Source of the DNA: Auanema rhodensis
Lineage: Eukaryota > Animalia > Nematoda
Assembly (NCBI GenBank): GCA_964057225.1
Contig: OZ059898.1
Coordinates: forward strand, 4,278,001 to 4,342,000
Direction: 5' to 3'
Length of the DNA: 64,000 bases
The translations under genes and the position numbers were made by a program. Position 1 is the first letter of the stretch. Each line of letters begins with the position of its first letter. A model generated the notes under the pieces. That model was not told where the DNA came from. It was given only the letters and a program-made list of their open reading frames with translations, and made no database searches. Shown here one piece after another: positions 58,604 to 64,000 of this stretch.

Positions 58604-59931
58604 ATGGAAAATAAAGGAAATATACCATGGGTGGAAAAGTACAGACCACAAAAATTGAATGAAATTTTGGGAAACGAAGACGTAGTTAACCGTTTGAGTG
58701 TTTTCGCTCAAAACGGTAATGTTCCAAATATTATCATCTCGGTAAGCTCGACGCTATATTTATTTTGTATAAATATTTGATAGGGACCACCAGGTTGTGG
58801 AAAAACAACATCCATATGGGCCTTGGCGAGAGAACTCTTGGGGAAGCAAGTGAAAGAAGGTTGTTTAGAGTTAAATGCCTCTGATGACAGGTAAACAACA
58901 AGCCAAAAACCTTATCTATTTGTGTATTCAGAGGCATTGAGGTTGTGAGAAATAGAATCAAAAATTTCGCTCAAACTAAAGTCAGTTTGCCTCCTGGACG
59001 ACACAAGATTATCATTTTAGATGAGGCTGACTCAATGACTGATGGTGCCCAACAGGTAGTAATCTTTTTGAATTTTTTGCTCAGTTGTTGTTAAGGCGTT
59101 GAGAAGGACTATGGAAATTTACAGTAAGACAACTCGTTTCGCTCTTGCATGTAATCAATCAGATAAAATTATTGGTAATATTATTTGCTATTCATATTTA
59201 AGCTTTGTATATAGAACCAATTCAATCCCGCTGTGCTATAATTCGATATCAAAAGGTAACTGACGCCCAAATGCTGCTCCGTCTAAGAGATATTTGTGAG
59301 ATGGAAAATGTAAGTATAGGAGTTAAATTATATGTTCTTCAAGTTTTCTGCTTAGGTAACTTTTAATAATAACGGATTAGATGCTTTAATTTTCACAGCT
59401 CAAGGAGACATGCGTCAAGTAAGCTTTTTATTTTTTTATTAATTTGTATAAAATATATTGTAATATTACATTTAGGCACTGAATAATCTTCAATGTACCG
59501 TTTCGGCATACGGGCTTGTCAATGAAGAGAATGTTCTAAAAGTGTGTGATGAGCCTCATCCTCAAACTATAATAGAAATGCTTAAATTCTGTGCTGATGG
59601 AAAAGTCTTAGAGGCTGCGGCCATAATTCACGATTTATATCAGTATGTCAATTGTTGCTATTTGTTTCATGCTGTTAGAATTTCAGCAAAGGATATTCTC
59701 CGGACGACATTGTTTCCAACGTTTTTAGAGTATGCAAAACCATCGACTTAACTGAAGATATCAAAATGAAATTCATCCAGGCGTGTGCATGATATACTAA
59801 AAAAAAACTAATGTTGTGTTTAGGAAATTGGACTATGCCATATTAAAATAGTAGAAGGATTGTCCACATTGGTTCAGCTCTCCGGTTTGGTTGCTAAGCT
59901 TTGCGAGGTTTCTTGGTTGGCTGGCAACTAA
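58604..59931 (+). CDS. rfc-2: Replication factor C subunit 2 (human RFC2 / yeast Rfc4 type)
   Basis: PWVEKYRP; GPPGCGKTT; [11 protein letters not shown]; [18 protein letters not shown]; IQSRC; VCDEPHP. Confidence 0.96.
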
Positions 59932-60117
59932 GTTAGGGAGATGTTTCTTTTATTGTATATTCGGATCTCATAAACTGGTGAAATTGTACAAAAAATATGT
60001 TTTTTTTTTGTGTGAATGAATCCGTACAAGCTTTTATAACATGAGTTGAAAAAACAAAACCACAACTAATATATTCACAGGGATATTGTTTTGATATTAT
60101 TCACAGAATAAGGAGTA

Positions 60118-62477
60118 TTATTTGAAAAGATTAAAAAAATCTCCACCGCCTTCATTGTTATCGGTTGTATCACCGAACTGGAAAGAAAACGCACCCTGAT
60201 CTCCATCAGCATCGCCGAAATTGAAATTGAATTCGTTATCACCTGTAAAATTAAGCTTCACTATATGTGAATTCAATGCCCTTTCAAACTACCGTTTTCT
60301 GATGATCCAAACATGTTAAATACCACAGAATGATTAACTGAAAATAATTTTGTATAAATTGTTTCAAACTAGAATGGACAGTAGTACCATTATCTCCTTC
60401 TGATTGTTCAACAAAATTGAGGAAGTCACCACCGGGATCTAGAAATAATAACTGTAAACATCATAATTTATAATAGAATACCTTGACTGTTTACGCTCAT
60501 ATTTAATACATTACTGATGTCATCATTTTGTGTACTACCAGCCATATCAACCTCTAAGAATGCATATAATATAAATTAATATTACAACCACCTTGTGATA
60601 TATTAAATACAGGGCTTTTTTCAGCTTCGTTTGTAAGCAAATCAACAAGGTTGGCTTGGTCTTCCGTAACCCCGTTCTAGTTATATATTGAATAAAGAAA
60701 CGTAAAATTAAATAATCCAACTTCTTCATCAACAGGTGGCGTAATTTCTCTATGCTCTACTACTTCAGTTTTACTAACATCTGCATCTTCTTCATCAGAA
60801 ATCTCTTCCTCCACAGGAACTTCCTCACATCTATTATCGTGAATATTTTGCGACGACTCATTTTCTTGTTCACACTCATCATTTTCCATCACATTGTTAT
60901 CCAGGTTTTGGGCAATGTTTTCATCAATGCTAATGTCGCTTCCACTCTCCAACTTTTGCGAGTCATCTGTTGTATTATCACCAATGGAACTATTGGTCTG
61001 AAAAATTCTACTCAAACATTTAATTTACCATGCGCTACCTCAATCATAATCACTTCATTGTCATGAGAAAAATTTGAATTATCAGTCTCCTAAAATGAAT
61101 TTAGCTGTCGAACCCTTATTAAGATGATACCGTAGATAAAACATCTGGTGAATTAATTAGCCGAGATATAAGCGATTTTTTTGCGGCTGCAATATCATCC
61201 TGCTTGTTTTGAACAGTACCTGCTGAGATACTTTCAAGATGTTCCATTTCTTGGTCTATTGTTTGATTCTAAACTAAGTCCAGATAGATAAAAACTAAAA
61301 AAATTACAAACATGGTCAACCGACATCATTGAAACATCGAACGAATCAAATCTACCACTAGATCTGAGTGCTTCTTTTTTTTCCGCTTTTTCTTGCTGAA
61401 AAACAGATTAATGCCACTCTCATCTAATATAAATGCATACCATGCATTTTTCATAAATCTCATTAACAACAGCATGTTTTCTCTTTATTTCTCTAATTTT
61501 GACCAACGCCTTCGTTGAACTCCGGACAAAATCAGAAAACGAAGTTCTTTTATTGTCAGCTACTATAATTAAAAATTTTTTTTTTTTAAACTTCAGTTCG
61601 TACACTCAAGATCCAAGAACTCATGTCGTTCATCAACAGTCTTTTCTTCCATTGCCAAAATTTCTAACTTGTTATTCAGTTCTTGAATTAATTTTTCTTC
61701 CTTGAAAAACAGATAATAAAATAATTAAGAATGTTCACACCTCATGCATTTTTACAACTTGCGGAGCTGTTTCATATTTTTCGAAAATTTTTTGATTTCT
61801 TTCTTTAATTTTTTCTAAAGTTCCACGTAATTTAATTTTTGTTGCCTGTGCCTGTATGAATGTAAGTAAGATGAAATCATACAACGGAAACGAACAAGGA
61901 ATAGGATATGCCTATTTTTTAACATTATCACATGTTCTTTATCTGTTGTAAATTTTATTGAACTTTTCAGCCTAAAAACGATTGAAGTATAAATAAAGTT
62001 TATAATTGAAACCTTCGTATTTTTTCTTCCGTATGAGCTATGCATTGCTCTAAATTATCTATTCTAGCTTGTTCCATTTCAAACATCATTTTCTTTTTAT
62101 TAGCTTCATCTTCGTACGTTTTTTTTAATTCATTCATGGCTGAAAATAAAGTTCACAGATTTACTATGTTTTCTTACTATATATACCTGATATCTGTTCA
62201 ACAGTAATTTTGTAAGACACAGATAGAGAAGACAGTTTCTCAACTAAAATACTTTACTGATAAGCTGAAACGAACTTATTACTTACTTTCTTTTTGAACA
62301 ACTTCGAGAGTTTGTCGAACAACATCTTTAGTTTTTTGACTCAGGCCAGGAGTGTTATATACTTTATGAAGATTTAAAAATGACTAAATAAAATGTATTG
62401 AGAAGAAAGTTTAAAAAATAAACCTCCTGAATAGCAGCAAACTTTGGAAAATTATCCTTTTGGGAAAATGACAACAT
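60118..62477 (-). CDS. Coiled-coil protein with an acidic, Phe-cluster C-terminus; SYP-4-like synaptonemal complex candidate
   Basis: N-terminal coiled-coil exons, an acidic disordered middle, and the tail GGDFLNF..FNMFG..FNFNFGDADGDQGAFSFQFGD..GGGDFFNLFK*. Confidence 0.55.
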
Positions 62478-63231
62478 TTTCTCAAACTAAAATAAATGAC
62501 GAACTGAGTGAGGCACGCCAGAACTTGTTAGCTAGGTAATTTACATATTTCGTTACAGGATATTTTTTCAAACTTCACTATGGTATTAATGCTATAGTTA
62601 ACTAATTAAGGTGCCATGCTTACTAAGTTAATAAATTACCGCCCTTTAAGAATTTTGTTCCTCATTATTTGATATTTTTGTTGCCAGATATCTTTTTTAA
62701 TCATTAAAATACATTATAATACATATATAAAATGAATTTTTGAAAGATATATTCCGAATTCAATTCTTCCTGAAAATAATTGTACTGAATTCTTAGCTAA
62801 AAATTAATGCAGAAACACTTCTTTGAAAATACGACTAGAAAGAAAAGTATTATAATATTTCCTATCTTTAATTTACTTTTCAAAAGAGCGAATGATATGA
62901 ACAGGAAGTTGCATTGTTCTTTATTATTGGACGAGGATAAGGCCAGAAAAATCAACTTTTTTTAGAAAAAGCTTGAACAAAAAATTCTTGTTTTTTACAT
63001 CTTATTTGATTTTTATATATCTTTTATTTCAAGTGCACACATCGTATAGCTAGATACGGAAGATAAACTGCACCAGTTTTTTTTAATCGACCTTCAAGTT
63101 TTTTGCGCCGTTTTTCCCACATGCATGTTCATAAAAGTACATTTTTTTCTGGTTTCTATCATTCTTATCTGCATTGCTTCGAACACTCGTATCACTGAGG
63201 AGCTTTTTTCTTTCCTCTTTTCAACATCAAC

Positions 63232-64000
63232 ATGTCTAAAGTTTTGTTGGACTCAGTCTTCGGATTGACGTTTTTAACATGCCTTGGTACAGTATTTTGC
63301 ATATTCGCTATTTTATCAGATATTCGTGCTTTACAAGCTCAGTTTAATGTAGATAATGCTGAATATAAGGTAAACACTTTTTTTATGATTTTTCTATATA
63401 TATGTACAAATATCTATTGATTGGACTATACTTTTCAATATACACCACAATATACTTTTTTCTACTTTTCAAGGAATATTCGGACTTAGCATGGACCACT
63501 ATAGATGCAGAAATACAACGTGGTTCTAGAGTTTCAAGAAATACTCGAAAGCCATGTGGCTGTGGTATGCAAATTGATCCATTCATTTAGAAAACAAAAT
63601 GTCTGTTTTTCAATATCGTATTTTTTCAGAATCGTGTCAGCTGGGAGCAAACAACTGTCCTCCTGGACCACCGGGACCACGAGGTAATCCAGGCTCACGT
63701 GGTATTGACGGCGAACCAGGCACCTCCGGAGTTAATGGACGTAAAGGCATATTAATTAATGAAATGAGTGCTGATACTCCAAGTGGTTGTATTCCATGTC
63801 CTGCAGGTCCTATTGGTCCTGCCGGTCCTCCAGGGGTACCTGGTACAATTGGAGCTCATGGACGTCCTGGTACTCCAGGACGCGCAGGACGTAACGGAGC
63901 TCCAGGACAACAGGGATTGCCAGGAGATGAAGGTGTTCCTGGTTGGGATGGAGTAGACGGTGCTGCCGGATACCCTGGAACAAATGGAAATCGTGTACGC
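63232..64000 (+). CDS. Cuticle collagen, 5' part, running off the window
   Basis: N-terminal hydrophobic segment, RVSR site, NNCPPGPPGPRG, CIPCPAGPIGP and Gly-X-Y repeats. Confidence 0.95.

Overview
AT-rich nematode genomic DNA, probably a clade V rhabditid, with many 40-60 nt GT-AG introns and proteins close to C. elegans. 1-6.9 kb is non-genic: a 200-bp satellite array, a C/T-skewed GC-rich minisatellite, and a tRNA-Gly(TCC) gene cut in half by a dispersed satellite piece. 7.5-37.8 kb holds minus-strand genes: toh-1/nas-26, a FLYWCH factor, BUD23, vps-22, and a probable operon mrpl-3 > fsn-1 > rpb-2 > ntl-9 > lin-52 > JMJD8. The lin-52 gene is absent from the ORF track. An unknown membrane protein gene and an IgGFc-binding-domain gene follow. 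The main result is at 37.85-45.9 kb: a decayed, internally deleted Maverick/Polinton remnant (pPolB, adenain protease, one apparent terminus) contains a spliced PaREP1-like HEPN gene. The 4.6-kb insert is flanked by an apparently identical 1,715-bp direct duplication of an LHFPL/claudin-like host gene. The rest contains pdf-1, flap-1/LRRFIP, rfc-2, a SYP-4-like gene and the 5' part of a cuticle collagen. All homology calls come from manual translation and motif recall; no database searches were run.
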